A stretch of 64,000 bases of DNA, taken from Eledone cirrhosa. Its lineage: Eukaryota. Shown in pieces: positions 40,707 to 56,960 of the stretch; the stretch's first letter is position 1; every line of letters begins with the position of its first letter. The stretch covers positions 21,576,001-21,640,000 of the forward strand of contig OZ024756.1 of NCBI GenBank assembly GCA_964016885.1. The letters are read 5' to 3'. The notes under the pieces were generated by a model. It did no database searches. It had not been told where the DNA came from and saw nothing but the letters and a program-made list of their open reading frames with translations. Made by a program: the position numbers and the translations under genes.

Positions 40707-40953
40707 CACACACACACACGCTACACATTTCATCAGTATGTTTACGTACACGTTTTGTATGTATGTATGTATGTATGTATGTATGTATGTATGTATGTAT
40801 TGAACTGCGCGCGTATCTATCTATCTATTTACCTGTTTGTCTATATATCTGTCTGTCTACCTGTGTATCTATCTATCTATATATCTATCCATCTATCTAT
40901 TTACCTGTTTGTCTATATATCTGTCTAGATGCTTGTCTATCTATCTATCTATC

Positions 40954-41086
40954 TTGTTATTAAATTTATTTTTGTTATATTTTATATATTATTTTTATAT
41001 TTTGTTATTGCCTCCTCCTTTTTATGCAAACTTCCCCCATTGTACTTGTCCCACTTTTTGATGCCCTGGTGGCAAATAAAAAGAAA
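40954..41086 (+). mobile_element. Tx1/L1-like 3' UTR tip in (TATC)n
   Basis: tatgcaaacttcccccattgtacttgtccc..gccctggtggcaaataaaaagaaag matches 59150-59217; (TCTA)n on both sides. Confidence 0.75.
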
Positions 41087-41091
41087 GTATC

Positions 41092-41131
<40 letters not shown>

Positions 41132-41460
41132 TTGTCTGTCTACTTCCCCCTTTGTGCCCCTGTCTACCGTTCTGTCTATTTATCTATCTGTTTGTCTACC
41201 TATCTCTTTGTCTACCTATCAATCTGCCACCATGTCTGCTGTCTGTCTGCCTGTCTACTGTCTGTTTGTCTGTCTGTCTGTCTGTCTACTGTCTGTCTGT
41301 ATGTCTGTCTGTGACTGTCTGTCTGTCTATCCATTTCTCACCTAATTATTTGAACAGTTCATACGTAAACTCGTGTCATGTGTGAAAGTAGCTATTCAAA
41401 GGAATTTCTTTTTGTGTCAAATTATATGTATAGATAATTAAATACATACATATGTATGTA

Positions 41461-41495
<35 letters not shown>

Positions 41496-41518
41496 TATAT
41501 ATATAATGTATATATATA

Positions 41519-41622
41519 TAATTGTTTCTACTTTAGGCACAAGGCCACCAAATACCCAGTGCATTACTGGTACTTTATTTTATCGACCCCGTAAGGATGA
41601 AAGGCAAAGTCAACCTCGGCGG
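41519..41622 (-). mobile_element. SINE-1 3' half
   Basis: Reverse complement of core plus tail. Confidence 0.85.
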
Positions 41623-41855
41623 GTGTATGTATGTGTATATTTGTGTGTATATATAAAATATTTGTATATATATATATATATTTGTGTATGTACGTGTATA
41701 TTTGTATATATATATATATATTTGTGTATGTACGTGTATATTTGTATATATATATATATATATTTGTGTATGTATGTCTATATTTGTGTATATATATATA
41801 TATATATATATTTGTGTATGTATGTGTATATTTGTGTATATATATAAAATATTTG

Positions 41856-41886
<31 letters not shown>

Positions 41887-41911
41887 GTATATATATATAT
41901 ATATATGTATA

Positions 41912-41956
<45 letters not shown>

Positions 41957-42095
41957 GTATATATATATATATATATATTGTATAGAATTCATCTCTCTTC
42001 TACCCACACTCTCATACATACACATACACAGCTCGAATAAATATATTAAACCCTGTGTGTATGCGTCTACACACATATATATATATATAAATATG

Positions 42096-42138
<43 letters not shown>

Positions 42139-42145
42139 AAATATG

Positions 42146-42197
<52 letters not shown>

Positions 42198-42257
42198 CAT
42201 ATATATATATCTATATCCAATGTGGTCTATCTTTCGTGGTAGGTTCTATACGGTAGT

Positions 42258-42386
<129 letters not shown>

Positions 42387-42789
42387 TTATATTCTAGGGA
42401 CATGTAAATAATATAAATTGTGCAATATATACCTATATAAAATTGAACCCCCCCCCCCCTCAAAGCCGATATCTGAGGCCATTTTCTTCTTCCCGTCTTT
42501 ACAAATTCCGTGTAAATATATACCATGGTTAGAAACTGAAATCGAACAAGTGTTTTAACGTATGTACACTCATAGGGATGCTAAACACATGTACAGAGAT
42601 GCATACAAATATACATCTATACATACATACATACATACATACATACATACATACGTACATACATTGCAAAACATTCTTGCGATTCAAGGGATGACAATTT
42701 CTTTTCTTTTACAACCTTGCCACCAGGAAGGTGGCCGGTCAAAAAAATATACTCGAAATTAAGAGAAAGAGAAAACATACATACATACA

Positions 42790-42820
<31 letters not shown>

Positions 42821-42967
42821 GTATACACATAAACACATTCAGGCAAATATAGATAGATAGATAAATTGATAGACATGACAAACTGCTAAGTGTGTGTATG
42901 CATATATATCATCTATATTAAATATATATTAAAAATATATATATATTTATATATATGTGTGTGAGTG

Positions 42968-42998
<31 letters not shown>

Positions 42999-43375
42999 GT
43001 GTGTGTGTATATATATGTATTTATATATGTGTGTATATATATATATGTATATATGCATATGGATATAAGTGTCTGTGTGTATATATGTATGTATGTATGT
43101 ATATATATATATATGTCTGTGTATGTATATATATTTATATATATGTATATATATGTGTGTGTGTATATATATAAATATATATGTATATGTATATACACGT
43201 ATATATATATATATATATATATATGTCTGTGTGTATATGTCTGTGTGTGTATATATATATATATGTATATATATGTGTATGTGTCTGTGTGTGTATGTAT
43301 ATATATATATATATGTGTGTGTCTGTGTGTATGTATATATATATATGTATATATATATATGTATATATATATATG

Positions 43376-43406
<31 letters not shown>

Positions 43407-43407
43407 C

Positions 43408-43459
<52 letters not shown>

Positions 43460-43610
43460 TATATATATGTATGTATATATATATATGTATGTATATATAT
43501 ATATGTATATGTATATATATATGTATATGTATATATATATGTATATATGTATATATATATGTATATATATATATATGTATGTATATATATATATATATGT
43601 ATGTATATAT

Positions 43611-43644
<34 letters not shown>

Positions 43645-44235
43645 GTATGTATGTATATATATATATATATATGTATGTATATATATATATGTATGTATGT
43701 ATGTATATATATATATATGTATGTATGTATATATATATATGTATGTATGTATATATATATATATATGTATGTATATATATATATATATGTATGTATATAT
43801 ATATATATGTATGTATATATATATATATATGTATGTATATATATATATATATGTATGTATATATATATATATATGTATGTATATATATATGTATGTATAT
43901 ATATATATATGTATGTATATATATATATATATATGTATGTATATATATATATATGTATGTATATATATATATATGTATGTATATATATATATATGTATGT
44001 ATATATATATATATGCATGTATACATATATATATATATATGTATGTATATATATATATGTATGTATGTATATATATATGCATGTATACATATATATATAT
44101 ATATGCATGTATACATATATATATATATATGCATGTATACATATATATATATATATGTATGTATATATATGTATATATATATATATATGTATATGTATAT
44201 GTATATATATATATGTATATATGTATATATATATG

Positions 44236-44275
<40 letters not shown>

Positions 44276-44297
44276 TGTATATGTATATATATATATG

Positions 44298-44329
<32 letters not shown>

Positions 44330-44584
44330 TGTGTATATATATATATATATATATGCATATGTAAATATACATAGACACTCTCACACAGTGTCTTTCTATG
44401 TGATGGATAGATAGACAGATAGGTCACACTTATGCGTATATACAAACATATCTTTGTTGAGCAATGCGTGATGTACAATACGTAACTATATAGCGTTTAT
44501 ACACCCACATATATGAAGAGCGACTAATTAGTTAGAAGTGTATATACATACATACATAGAAATATACATACATACAAATATCCA

Positions 44585-44621
<37 letters not shown>

Positions 44622-44660
44622 ATGTTAATACTGGAGTGTATGTATGTTTGTGTGTATGTT

Positions 44661-44706
<46 letters not shown>

Positions 44707-44743
44707 TGAATAGGAATGTGTATATATATATTAATGAATAGGA

Positions 44744-44775
<32 letters not shown>

Positions 44776-45004
44776 ATAAACACACATACACTTACATATG
44801 TAAATATACATACATATAAATATCCATGCATATATATATATATATATATATATCCATGTTAATACTGGGGTGTATGTATGTTTGTGTGTATGTTTGTGTA
44901 TATATATATATCTATATATATATATCTATATATATATATATATCTATAAATATATGTCTGTGTATGTGAATGTATACATGTGTATGTCAGTGTCAAACTT
45001 GATA

Positions 45005-47522
45005 GTATAACAGCAACAACATCACCAACAGCAACAACATCACCAACACCATCACCAACAGCAGCACTATCACCAACAACATCATCAGCAGCACTATCAC
45101 CAACAACATCACCAACAGCAGCACTATCACCAACATCACCATCAGCAGCACTATCATCAACAACATCACAGCAGCAGCACTATCATCAACAACATTACAG
45201 CAGCAGCACTATTACCAACAACATCACCACCAGCAGCACTCTCACCAACATCACCATCAGCAGCACTATCACCACAAGCAGCCTCAGCATCACTATCACC
45301 AACAGCACCACCACCAGCAGCACTATTACTATCAGCAACACTATCACAAGCAGCATTACCAGCATCAGCAGCACCACTACTACCACCATTACCACCACCA
45401 CCACCACCACCACAACCACCACAACCACCAGCACCACTACTACAACCACCATTACCACCAACACCAGCACCACCAACACCAGCACCACTACCACCAGCAC
45501 CACCACAACCATCACCACTACCACAACCACCACCTCCACTATCACCACCACTACCACCAGTATCACCACCACCACCATCACAACCATCACCACAACCATC
45601 ACCACTATCACCACCATCACCACCACCACCACCACCATCACCACTATCACCACCACAACCATCACCACTATCACCACCACAACCATCACCACTATCACCA
45701 CCACAACCATCACCACTATCGGCACCACCGCCACCACCACCACCACCACCATCACCACCTGCCAACACTACTCCACCATCACCACCTGCCAACACTACTC
45801 CACCATCACCACCACCGCCACCACCACCACCTCCGCCACCACCACCATCACCACCACCACCACCACCGCCACCACCTGCCAACACTCCACCACCACCACC
45901 ACCACCACCACCACCACCACCACTACCACTACCACCACCTGCCAACACTACTCCACCACCACCACCACCACCATCACCACCACCGCCACCACCACCACCA
46001 CCGCCACCACCACCACCACCACCATCACCACCACCATCACCACCACCGCCACCACCACCACCACCATCACCACCATCACCACCATCACCACCACCATCAC
46101 CACCACCGCCACCACCACCACCACCGCCACCACCACCATCATCACCACCACCACCACCGCCACCACCTGCCAACACTACTCCACCATCACCACCACCATC
46201 ACCACCACCATCACCACCACCGCCACCACCACCATCACCACCATCACCACCACCACCACCGCCACCACCACCATCACCACCATCACCACCACCGCCACCA
46301 CCACCATCACCACCATCACCACCACCACCACCACCATCACCACCGCCACCACCACCATCACCACCACCACCACCACCATCACCACCATCACCACCATCAC
46401 CACCACCACCACCACCACCGCCACCACCTGCCAACACTACTCCATATGCTTCATACGACTCGGAGAGACGTAATGTTAACTACAGTAGTACTTCCAATAC
46501 AACTTACACTAGTTACTACTAGTAGTAATAGTAGTAGTAGTAGTAGTAATAGTGGTGTTATTAGTGGTGGTGGTGGTAGTAATTGTAGTGGTTGTAGTAC
46601 TGGTAGTAGTAGTGTTAGTGGTGGTGGTAGTAGTTCTGGTTGTGTTAGTGTTGGTAGTGTTAGTGTTGGTAGTAATAGTGGTTGTAGTACTGGTAGTGTT
46701 AGTGTTGGTAGTAGTAGTGTTGGTGATAGTAGTGGTTGTAGTACTGGTAGTAGTAGTGTTAGTGGTGGTGGTAGTAGTTCTGGTTGTGTTAGTGTTGGTA
46801 GTGTTAGTGTTGGTAGTAATAGTGGTTGTAGTACTGGTAGTGTTAGTGTTGGTAGTAGTAGTGTTGGTGATAGTAGTGGTTGTAGTACTGGTAGTAGTAG
46901 TGTTAGTGGTGGTGGTGGTAGTAGTTCTGGTTGTGTTAGTGTTGGTAGTGTTAGTGTTGGTAGTAATAGTGGTTGTAGTACTGGTAGTGTTAGTGTTGGT
47001 AGTAGTAGTGTTGGTGATAGTAGTGGTTGTAGTACTGGTAGTAGTAGTGTTGGTAGTAGTAGTGTTGGTGATAGTAGTGGTTGTAGTACTGGTAGTAGTA
47101 GTGTTGGTAGTAGTAGTGTTGGTGATTGTAGTGGTTGTAGTACTGGTAGTAGTAGTGTTGGTAGTAGTAGTGTTGGTGATAGTAGTGGTTGTAGTACTGG
47201 TAGTAGCAGTGTTGGTAGTAGTAGTGTTGGTGATAGTAGTGGTTGTAGTAATAGTGGTTGTAGTAGTGTTAGTGGTGGTGGTGGTGTTGGTAGTAGTAGT
47301 AGTCTTAGTGTTGATAGTGGTAGTAGTGCTGGTAGTAGTAGTAGTAGTAGTAGTAGTAGTATATTAATAGTGGTGATAGTAGTCTTCGTAGTAGTAGTGG
47401 TTGTAGTAGTAATATTAATAGTAGTAGTAGTAGTAGTGGTGGTAGTAGTAGCGGTAGTATTGGTGGTGGTGGTGGTAGTAGTAGTAGTTGTATTAGTTGT
47501 TGTGGTAGTAGTAATGGTGGTT

Positions 47523-47553
<31 letters not shown>

Positions 47554-47615
47554 CGGTAGTATTGGTGGTGGTAGTAGTAGTAGTTGTATTAGTTGTTGTG
47601 GTAGTAGTAATGGTT

Positions 47616-47649
<34 letters not shown>

Positions 47650-47650
47650 G
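45005..47650. repeat. (ACC/ATC/AGC)n block followed by a complementary-sense (GGT/AGT/GTT)n block
   Basis: Strand composition flips across a ~60-bp unique spacer at 46442-46500. Confidence 0.95.
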
Positions 47651-47753
47651 TTCGTGAGACCGCAGCAGGGTGCCAGTGTCACTGTCAACGATCGAAAGGC
47701 ACGTGACATAAATCATCATCATCACCATCATCACCACCATGTTCATTATCACC

Positions 47754-47801
<48 letters not shown>

Positions 47802-47966
47802 TTCTCCGTCTTCATATATATATACATATTTAATGAATTTTAATGGGTTTTGCTTTTTTTATTTGTTGTCTAGTAATTCTTTTATTAATTAGCTGTTATG
47901 TCACTTTCGGTCATCCATAGATGAATACTTATACCTCAGCTCTCTATGTACGGTATACATAGTAAG

Positions 47967-47997
<31 letters not shown>

Positions 47998-48488
47998 TTG
48001 ACACACAATGACACACACACATACATTGACACACACACACACACATACAATGACACACACATACATTGACACACACACACATACAATGACACACACATAC
48101 ATTGATACACACACACACACATACAATGACACACACACGCACATACATTGATACACACACACACACACATACAATGACACACACATACATTGATACACAC
48201 ACACACACATACAATGACACACACATACATTGATACACACACACATACAATGACACACACACATACAATGACACACGCACATACATTGACACACACACAC
48301 ACACACATACAATGACACACACACATACATTGACACACACACACATACACTGACACACACATACATTGACACACACATACAATGACACACACACACATAC
48401 ACACACACATACACATTCACACATACTCACACACGTACATTGACACACCACATACACACATACACACACACACGCAGACATACACGCA

Positions 48489-48538
<50 letters not shown>

Positions 48539-49057
48539 TACATACACACATTTACACATACTCACACACATACACACACACATATACACAGCGTGGAGTA
48601 GTATACGTCACTTTGAAATGTTGCTTTTAGCGATTACACACGGCGCATGCCATTCCACTACAGCATAATCTTAATACCATTAAATATCACACATGCACAC
48701 ATACACACAGACACACACACACGCATTCACTCACGCGTACACACACACACACATACACACAAAGAAACATACACACACACAGAGAAACACACATACACAC
48801 GTTTTGCGTGCGCTTATATAATGGGCACGCTTCCATTTCTCTCGCACGACGTATATACACATGCATAGCTACGGACTGGATCACATTCGTATACATACAT
48901 ACATACATACATACATACAAACATGTGTGCGTGTGTTTATGTGTGTAGATGTGTGGGTATATATATACATGTGTGTATATGTGTATATATATATGTGTGT
49001 GTGTATATATGTGTGTGTGTGTGTGCGCATGTGTGTACATATGTGTATATGTAGATA

Positions 49058-49122
<65 letters not shown>

Positions 49123-49251
49123 AATGTGTGTGAGTCATTGGAAACTATAAGCCCTGGGGTCAGGTTTAAATCTTGTCCGTAGGGCTTCCATACTCTTCAA
49201 TAATATTTACACTGTAACAAATGCTTCACTAATCCCAACTGATAAGTTATT

Positions 49252-49296
<45 letters not shown>

Positions 49297-49333
49297 TATA
49301 TACATATATGCTCATGTGTGTATATATATATAC

Positions 49334-49410
<77 letters not shown>

Positions 49411-49480
49411 AAAATTGAACGTGAACAAAACAGAGAGGCAGTACGAACAAATATATATATATATATATAGAGAGAGATGA

Positions 49481-49590
49481 GATTCTACAGGACTAGAACT
49501 GTTTCCTTCTTGAGAAATCATCAGGAATCTTTTATACTCAGCTATGTATTGAGTACCTTACTTACTGTGGTTACCTCCGATTCAACACGG
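49481..49590 (-). ncRNA. Family C module with hammerhead motif
   Basis: Minus strand gattc-CTGATGA-tttct caa gaag-GAAAC-agttcta-GTC-ctgtagaatc; homologues at 27920-28040, 54350-54396 and 60595-60720. Confidence 0.7.
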
Positions 49591-50083
49591 AATAACTTAC
49601 ATTATATATATATATATATGTGTGTGTGTCTATATGTATATGCCTATGTATATATATATATATGTCTACGTATATATGTGTGTATATGAATATATATACG
49701 TATATATGTGTGTATATGAATATATATATATGTATATATATAGCCATTACAATTGCTTTCCTGATGAAAATATCTCGCTTTGATATACACCATATTGTGC
49801 ACATGTATATTACATGCATATATATATATACACATATAATCTCACGTGTATGTAATCTTACAGGTACACACATACACACACATACACACACACACACACA
49901 TACACACACACATACACACACACACACACACATTCACAAACGTGAGCGTCAGCGTACATATGGACAATCACAAACTCAGCTATACATTGTTTTACACACA
50001 TATACGCTAGCTTTGCACAAAATGAATATATATATATATATACATTAATGCAATACCTACACATACGCACACACACACACACA

Positions 50084-50144
<61 letters not shown>

Positions 50145-50947
50145 ATACATGTGCACCCACTACACGTGTAGTCGCGCGGGAATTGCAGTTTGTACTGTTG
50201 CATACGCAAATACATGCACGTACAAACAGATGCACACATACACACAAATATACACTCACACATACACTCACACATACACTCACACATACACTCACACATA
50301 CACTCACACATACACACAAACATACACACAAACATACACACAAACATACTCAAACGTACACACACATACACAAAGATACACACATACATACACTCCCACA
50401 TGCACTCACACATACACACACACACATACATGCTCACACACACATACACATACACATACATACTCACACACACATACACATACACATACATACTCACACA
50501 TACTCACACATACATACTGACACATACATACTCACACATACATACACATAAACACATACACATACATGCTCTCACGCACATAAACATCAACACATACACA
50601 TAAACACATACACATACATACTCTCTCTCACACACACACATAAACACATACATGCTCTCACACACATACATACACACATCTAAGCGCGTGCATACACATC
50701 AATTTAGCAACACAGACCGAAAGGCTTAGAACGTGGCAACACGATTTGCTAGAAATATCAACCAAATCTTCCTCAAATTACATCATACCGGCAGAATTAG
50801 GGAAGAACATGATAAAGAATGTAGGTCAACACACTCCTTATCGGGATAGTCACGTATGGAATGCTTTTAACGAAGTGTCTGTTCGATCTGGCCTATAAAA
50901 AGATAATAGTCATAAAATACGCATAGAAGATACGTTCACTCTATCGT

Positions 50948-51058
<111 letters not shown>

Positions 51059-51639
51059 GCCATATATATATACAATCATACAGATATACGTACAACCATA
51101 CATATATCTACACAGCCACACACATGTATATATATATATATACAATCATAAAAATATACATACAACCATACATATATACGTACAACCATACATATATATA
51201 CACGTATACACGCAACCATACACATATACACACAACCATACGCATGTCATAACCATATGCATATACACACAACCATACAACCATATGCATATACACACAA
51301 CCATACAACGATACGCATATACACACAACCATATGCATATACACACATATACACACAACCATATACATCTAAACACAATTATCTACATATATGCACATAC
51401 ACACAAGCATTTACGTATATGCATAACCATATACATATAAACACAATCATACACACAGCCGTCATATGTGTATGCTCACGTAAACACACCGCCTGGTCCG
51501 CCCACACATACATATACACACATATATACTGTAACGCAGCCGCGTCTATACATATACACACAAACAGGCACACATGTTGATGTACACACACATGTTGATG
51601 TACACACACACACACACACACGAGAGAGCGCACGCGTTT

Positions 51640-51678
<39 letters not shown>

Positions 51679-52199
51679 TATATGTATGCATTCTCTCTCT
51701 CTCTCACTCTGACACACACACACACACACACACACACGTGAGAAAACTAACTGTAATACACACATCTCCACACATCCACACCTTCACAGACATACACACA
51801 GATACACATGCATGCACACACACATATGTGCATTCACAGATGCACACATGCACAGATACACACATACAGACACGTAAGCATACTCACAGACACGCAAGCA
51901 TACTGAAGCATAGACATGTGTACACACACACACACACACAGACACACACACAGACACAGACACAGACACAAACACACGCATAAGCACGCACACACACACA
52001 CACAGACACACGCACACTCACGCACGCACACCCACACACACACACACATTGTAACACCCATATTTCTTCATGCAAATACACACACTAGCAGACTCACACA
52101 GACACGTGTATACACACGGCGTATCACAGGATTGTCAATGCACAATCACACCCTCTCATAACTACACGCATGCACATGCGCACACGTGCTTGCACTCAC

Positions 52200-52235
52200 C
52201 ACAAAACTGCATGTAGTGGCATGAAGCATTGCATT
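52200..52235 (-). CDS. Candidate 36-nt micro-exon
   Basis: Strong donor tgtg|GTGAGT, acceptor tttccacttggtgcaacag; reads CNASCHYMQFC or NAMLHATTCSFV; unique island inside (CA)n. Confidence 0.25.
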
Positions 52236-52325
52236 CTGTTGCACCAAGTGGAAACCACAATTCTCTCCGTAAATATGAATCACCGCATACCACCACTCAC
52301 ACAGACACAAACACACACATACACA

Positions 52326-52380
<55 letters not shown>

Positions 52381-52929
52381 ACATACACACAGACACACAC
52401 ACACAGACACAAACACACACACATACACACACACACACACACACAGACACACACACACGCACAGACGCACACACGCACACCCACACACACAGGCACACAG
52501 GCACACAGACACACAGACAGACAGACAGACGCACGCACACACACACACACACAGACACAGACACAGACACACAGACGCACACACACACACTCACAGACAG
52601 AGAGCGAGAGAGACAGAAAGAGAGGCAGAGAGAGAGAGGGACACACAGACACACACGAATACACAGACGCGCACGCAGACACATGCGCGCACACACACAT
52701 ACACACATATATCTACACACACACATACAGACATACACCGACACATATACATACGCACACATACGTCCACATGCACACCCACCCATACGCACACGTACAC
52801 ACGCACCCATACGCACACGTACACATGCATACACATATACACACTAGTGTTGTATGCACTAGCACACTCACGTATATTTACCCATCACATTGTTATAAAT
52901 ACACACACACACACACACCCACAAACACA

Positions 52930-52993
<64 letters not shown>

Positions 52994-53186
52994 CAAATAC
53001 ACATAACAACCACATTGTTGTAAACACTACCACACACACACATGTATATACCTCATGTTTGTATACAACAACACACGCACACATATCCAAACTATATTGT
53101 AGTAAATACTAACACAAACATACATAGTACGATGCTTTAAATACTACCATACACATACACACACATTGCACATTATAATTCCGTGG

Positions 53187-53234
<48 letters not shown>

Positions 53235-53353
53235 ATTGCACATTATAGTTGCGTGGATACACACACACGTGCACACAAACACACGTACACACACATTGCA
53301 CATTGTATTTCCGTGGATACACACACACACGCACATGCACACACTCACATGCA

Positions 53354-53391
<38 letters not shown>

Positions 53392-53944
53392 TGCACACAC
53401 ACACTCACATGCACATACACAAATGCACACGCGCAGATGCGCACATGCACGCGCACATCCACGCGCACATACATGCACATACGCACACACACGCACATAC
53501 ATGCACACAGACACACATACATACATACATACACACACTCTGTCTCTCTCGCACACACACGCACACACACGCACACACACGCACACACACGCGGACACAG
53601 ACACATACAGGCAGCCACATCACTACGATAGGCAGACATCAACATCAACGAACATGCTAACGCATCCTCTCGAGTCCTCAATGATGGGGCATGGGTGTGG
53701 AATAAGCGGGTAGGGTTGGGATAAGCAGGGAGTGGGATGGAATACGTGGGGAGTGGGGTGAAATAAGTGGGGGCGGAAAATCTGTAAATTTTCTAGGTTG
53801 TCTCCGTTGATTTAATCCCCCCCCCCCGAATTAGTCATTTACTTTACATATATATTGAGTTTTTAACTCAATATATACTTTTGTTATATATATATATATA
53901 TATTCCACTGGTTTTTCCAGTTACTAGTACTATCTATCGGTCGC

Positions 53945-54045
53945 AGCTCCAGGTAGAAGGAGCAACGTGAAATAAAGTGTCTTGCTCAAGGACATATATG
54001 CATCGCCCGGTCCAGGAATCGAACTCACAACCTCAAGATTGTGAA
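53945..54045 (-). mobile_element. SINE-2, partial
   Basis: gagcaacgtgaaataaagtgtcttgctcaaggaca..ccaggaatcgaactcacaacc. Confidence 0.8.
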
Positions 54046-54339
54046 TCAAAAGATGAAATCGAAAATGCAACTGGAGTCTTATTTAAAAAAAAATATATAT
54101 ATATTTATTTGGCTCCTTTACCTCGCAGTTCTTCTGCTTTTCAAAAGTAGAGTTGAGATGGAGGGTCTGTGGTTTTTCTCACATCTGGTTGGTCTTTGAA
54201 TGTTACTTGTTTTATATGGAAAAAAGTGGCTCGAAACGCCAGGTTTTTAGAGAAATAATTTGATTGGTTCAATAAGTAAAATAAATTTCGAGCCAGTTCG
54301 CGTTACAAAGTGCTTTAAACAATATATATATATATATTA

Positions 54340-54730
54340 TAGAAAAGGCTTCTACAGGACTAGAACTGTTTCATTCGGGAGAAATCATGAGGAAGCCGAC
54401 TGTCAAAGTCATATGGTGGTATTTATATCTTTTCTGGTGGTAGGAGAGGGTGGTAATTGGGATGGGTGGAGGTCATTGGTTGAAGGGTTTAAAGAAAAGG
54501 GAAATTCCCGTTCACCACCCTCTCCTACCACCAGAAAAGTAATAAATACCACCATATTACTTGGACGGTTGACTTCCTAATGGTTACTCATTCATTAAGT
54601 TTATTGGTTGGTGACGCGCGTTTCGTCACCGATCAGCTCAAGGTTCGATCTGTATCGATCTAGCAAGACTCTGTAATCAACGGCTCGTTTGACCCTTTTG
54701 GTGGTAATCGTAGAATGAGTGTAATTATAT
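54340..54730 (-). mobile_element. Cluster of PLE-type termini: family C HHR remnant, ~45-bp inverted repeat (54411-54556) and family B copy
   Basis: ttctacaggactagaactgtttc; atggtggtattta..tggtggtaggagagggtggt / accaccctctcctaccacca..taaataccaccat; minus strand GAAACgcgcGTC..AATAAA. Confidence 0.7.
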
Positions 54731-54779
54731 AAAATGAAATTATCATATGATCCACATGACAGGTGCAAAGTGTCCGAAC

Positions 54780-55125
54780 ACGGAAGAGCCGAAGTCCCAT
54801 TGTCATTGCCCCCCCCCCCCCCATCTCTCTGTATTGTGAGCAAATGGGGTCCCAAGTGCTGGCCGACCCACAGCCCCGGCGGATAGAATGGAGAAGGCGT
54901 TTCCCAGTAAGATGGTAAGGGAGATGCGTTGGAAGAGCCATTCCATCTCGCGAAATTGACACCTGCGGCTAGCCAGCTCAGCGCCTATGGTGGTCAGTAG
55001 GGAGGTAGCCCTAGCCAAGGACACCGGAAGTCTCCACTGCCAAGAGCACGACCGCAAACCGTCGGAGAGTGACCAGTACTTGGAGAGTTTTCCCTCCTCA
55101 GCCCGAAGTGCAGCAGAACCTGGGT
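54780..55125 (-). mobile_element. CRE-clade non-LTR retrotransposon 3' fragment (end of the restriction-like endonuclease region)
   Basis: GSAALRAEEGKLSKY..L...AVETSGVLG/ATSLLTTIGAELASRR..REMEWLFQRISLTILLGNAFSIL, matching the AA..AE..K..KY / ET.G / QR.S.....GNA pattern; frameshifted. Confidence 0.8.
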
Positions 55126-56407
55126 CTCCAACTCATCCTATTTATTTTATATGGTCTGGGGTTTCTAGTAATGTACGTTTGTTGTCATGTATAATTGTCG
55201 CAAGAATGCTACCACTGAAAATAATTTTAGCTTATGCGAGACCCGAGAGTACGTAGATATATAATATCACCCCTAAAATCTATTCCGCTCTTACATAACA
55301 ACGCACCTTTGACTAGACGGCCATCTAAACCTCAAAAGAGAACCCTCCATATGTTTGTACAGCTATCAAGTTCTTTATCTCTCTCTTTCCAAATAGATCA
55401 ATTGCCAAAATAATTTCTATCATATTTCTAAGATCTTCCTCTCTCACATTTTTAAACTAAGATGATCCTGTAAGCAGCACGTCTGGAACGAAATCCTGGA
55501 CGTTCACCTGGATGTTCACCTTTTATCTCTACCCACACTGCAGTCGCTAGATCAATTTACCCTAAAACTATCCACTTCTACTCTAGTAAGCTCCCCATTG
55601 TCTAAACAGAGATGCCAAAATGTTGAAGTACTTCCAATCGCTTCAAACCAGTAAAGTATTCCGCATTGATAATGTTCTCCCCGATTAACCTAAACAGATT
55701 AGGCCCCAGTTCTCTTCAAATGTATCTCTTTAAGAACAACAACCAGCACTAACAACTGTCAAGTATCACCTATCGTACTCAGTTCATTTATCTCAAATTT
55801 TATGGAAACAGCCTTGGACAATAATCTTTTTCCAGGCCCTTGAATATCCAAGATATTTGTATTCACTAGTTCAACTTTCATAAAGCTTGTTCTAGAGGAA
55901 ATTCACCCTTCTAGGGTAATCGCCTGTATGATTCCACTGTTGAGAAATCAACAAAGCTTTTCGTCCGTGTTCGACGCATGAAACTTCAAAAAATTATTCG
56001 CCGCTAATGTTATCCATCAATCGCTCATCCCTTAGATCGGTGACTTCCGGTCAGATCACCTGATTGAGTTAAGTGATGGTTTAGCTCCTCGTGACAATCA
56101 CTCACTCAATAAAGTCTGATGTGAACCAGTGTTCGGGGTTCAGTTTTATCTTCACATATTTCGTCTTCTCCAACAACCCACTACTTGTCACTAAACACCG
56201 CTCAAGTACAGGGGACCAATCCTCAAGTACTTATCCTAAAATATACGCGGCTTGTGTTAATGGTATAAATCCTTCTAATGGCTTTTCATGTTTCTGAATA
56301 ACGTTTAAAAATTGACACAGGACGAGACATTTCTGTGTGTTGTCATTGGATTTCACATAGCAACCTCAGTAATTGACAATTACTTTATATTATCGACACC
56401 ATAAAGA

Positions 56408-56960
56408 GGGCGGAGGATTGGCAGTATCGGTAGTGGGTCGTACGCCATGTTTTGCAGCATAGAGTTACGGTCCTTTATTATCTGAGTTCAAATCCCGCCG
56501 AGGTTAACTTTATCTTTCATCCTTACGGGGTTGATAAAATAAAGTACCAGTCACACACTGGGGTCGATTTAATCGACTGTCCCCTCCCCCAAAATTGCTG
56601 GCCTTGTGCCTATATAAGAAACCATTATCGACACCATAAAGATGAAAGCAAAGTCAAAATCGGTGGGATTTGAACTCATCATGTAATGACCCATAGCTGA
56701 ATGCTGAAACATATTTCAGTCGTTTTATTGATTCTACAAATTGAACGAGTCATCCCTATATTTTTCTTTGAAATTTAGGTACGAAACCAGAATTTAGAGT
56801 GAGGGGAAATTCGATTACATCGATCCAATAATTGACTAGTATGTAATTATATCGACTGTGGAAAAATGAAAGATAAAGTTCATCCCAGCGGGATTTGAAC
56901 GCAGAATGTAAAGAGTTGGTAAAAACACCGCAAGGGTTTTGTCCATTGATCTATCGATTA
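56408..56960. mobile_element. SINE-1 cluster: plus copy 56408-56625 and diverged minus copies downstream
   Basis: A/B boxes and core; reverse B boxes ggatttgaac at ~56667 and ~56892. Confidence 0.8.

Noticed and set aside
44980-47827. Mucin-like Thr-rich and Gly/Ser-rich ORFs
   Set aside because: Trinucleotide repeats open in multiple frames; no signal peptide, domain or convincing splice structure
55130-56330. Possible old LINE-derived sequence
   Set aside because: No interpretable RT or endonuclease motif could be read; left uncalled
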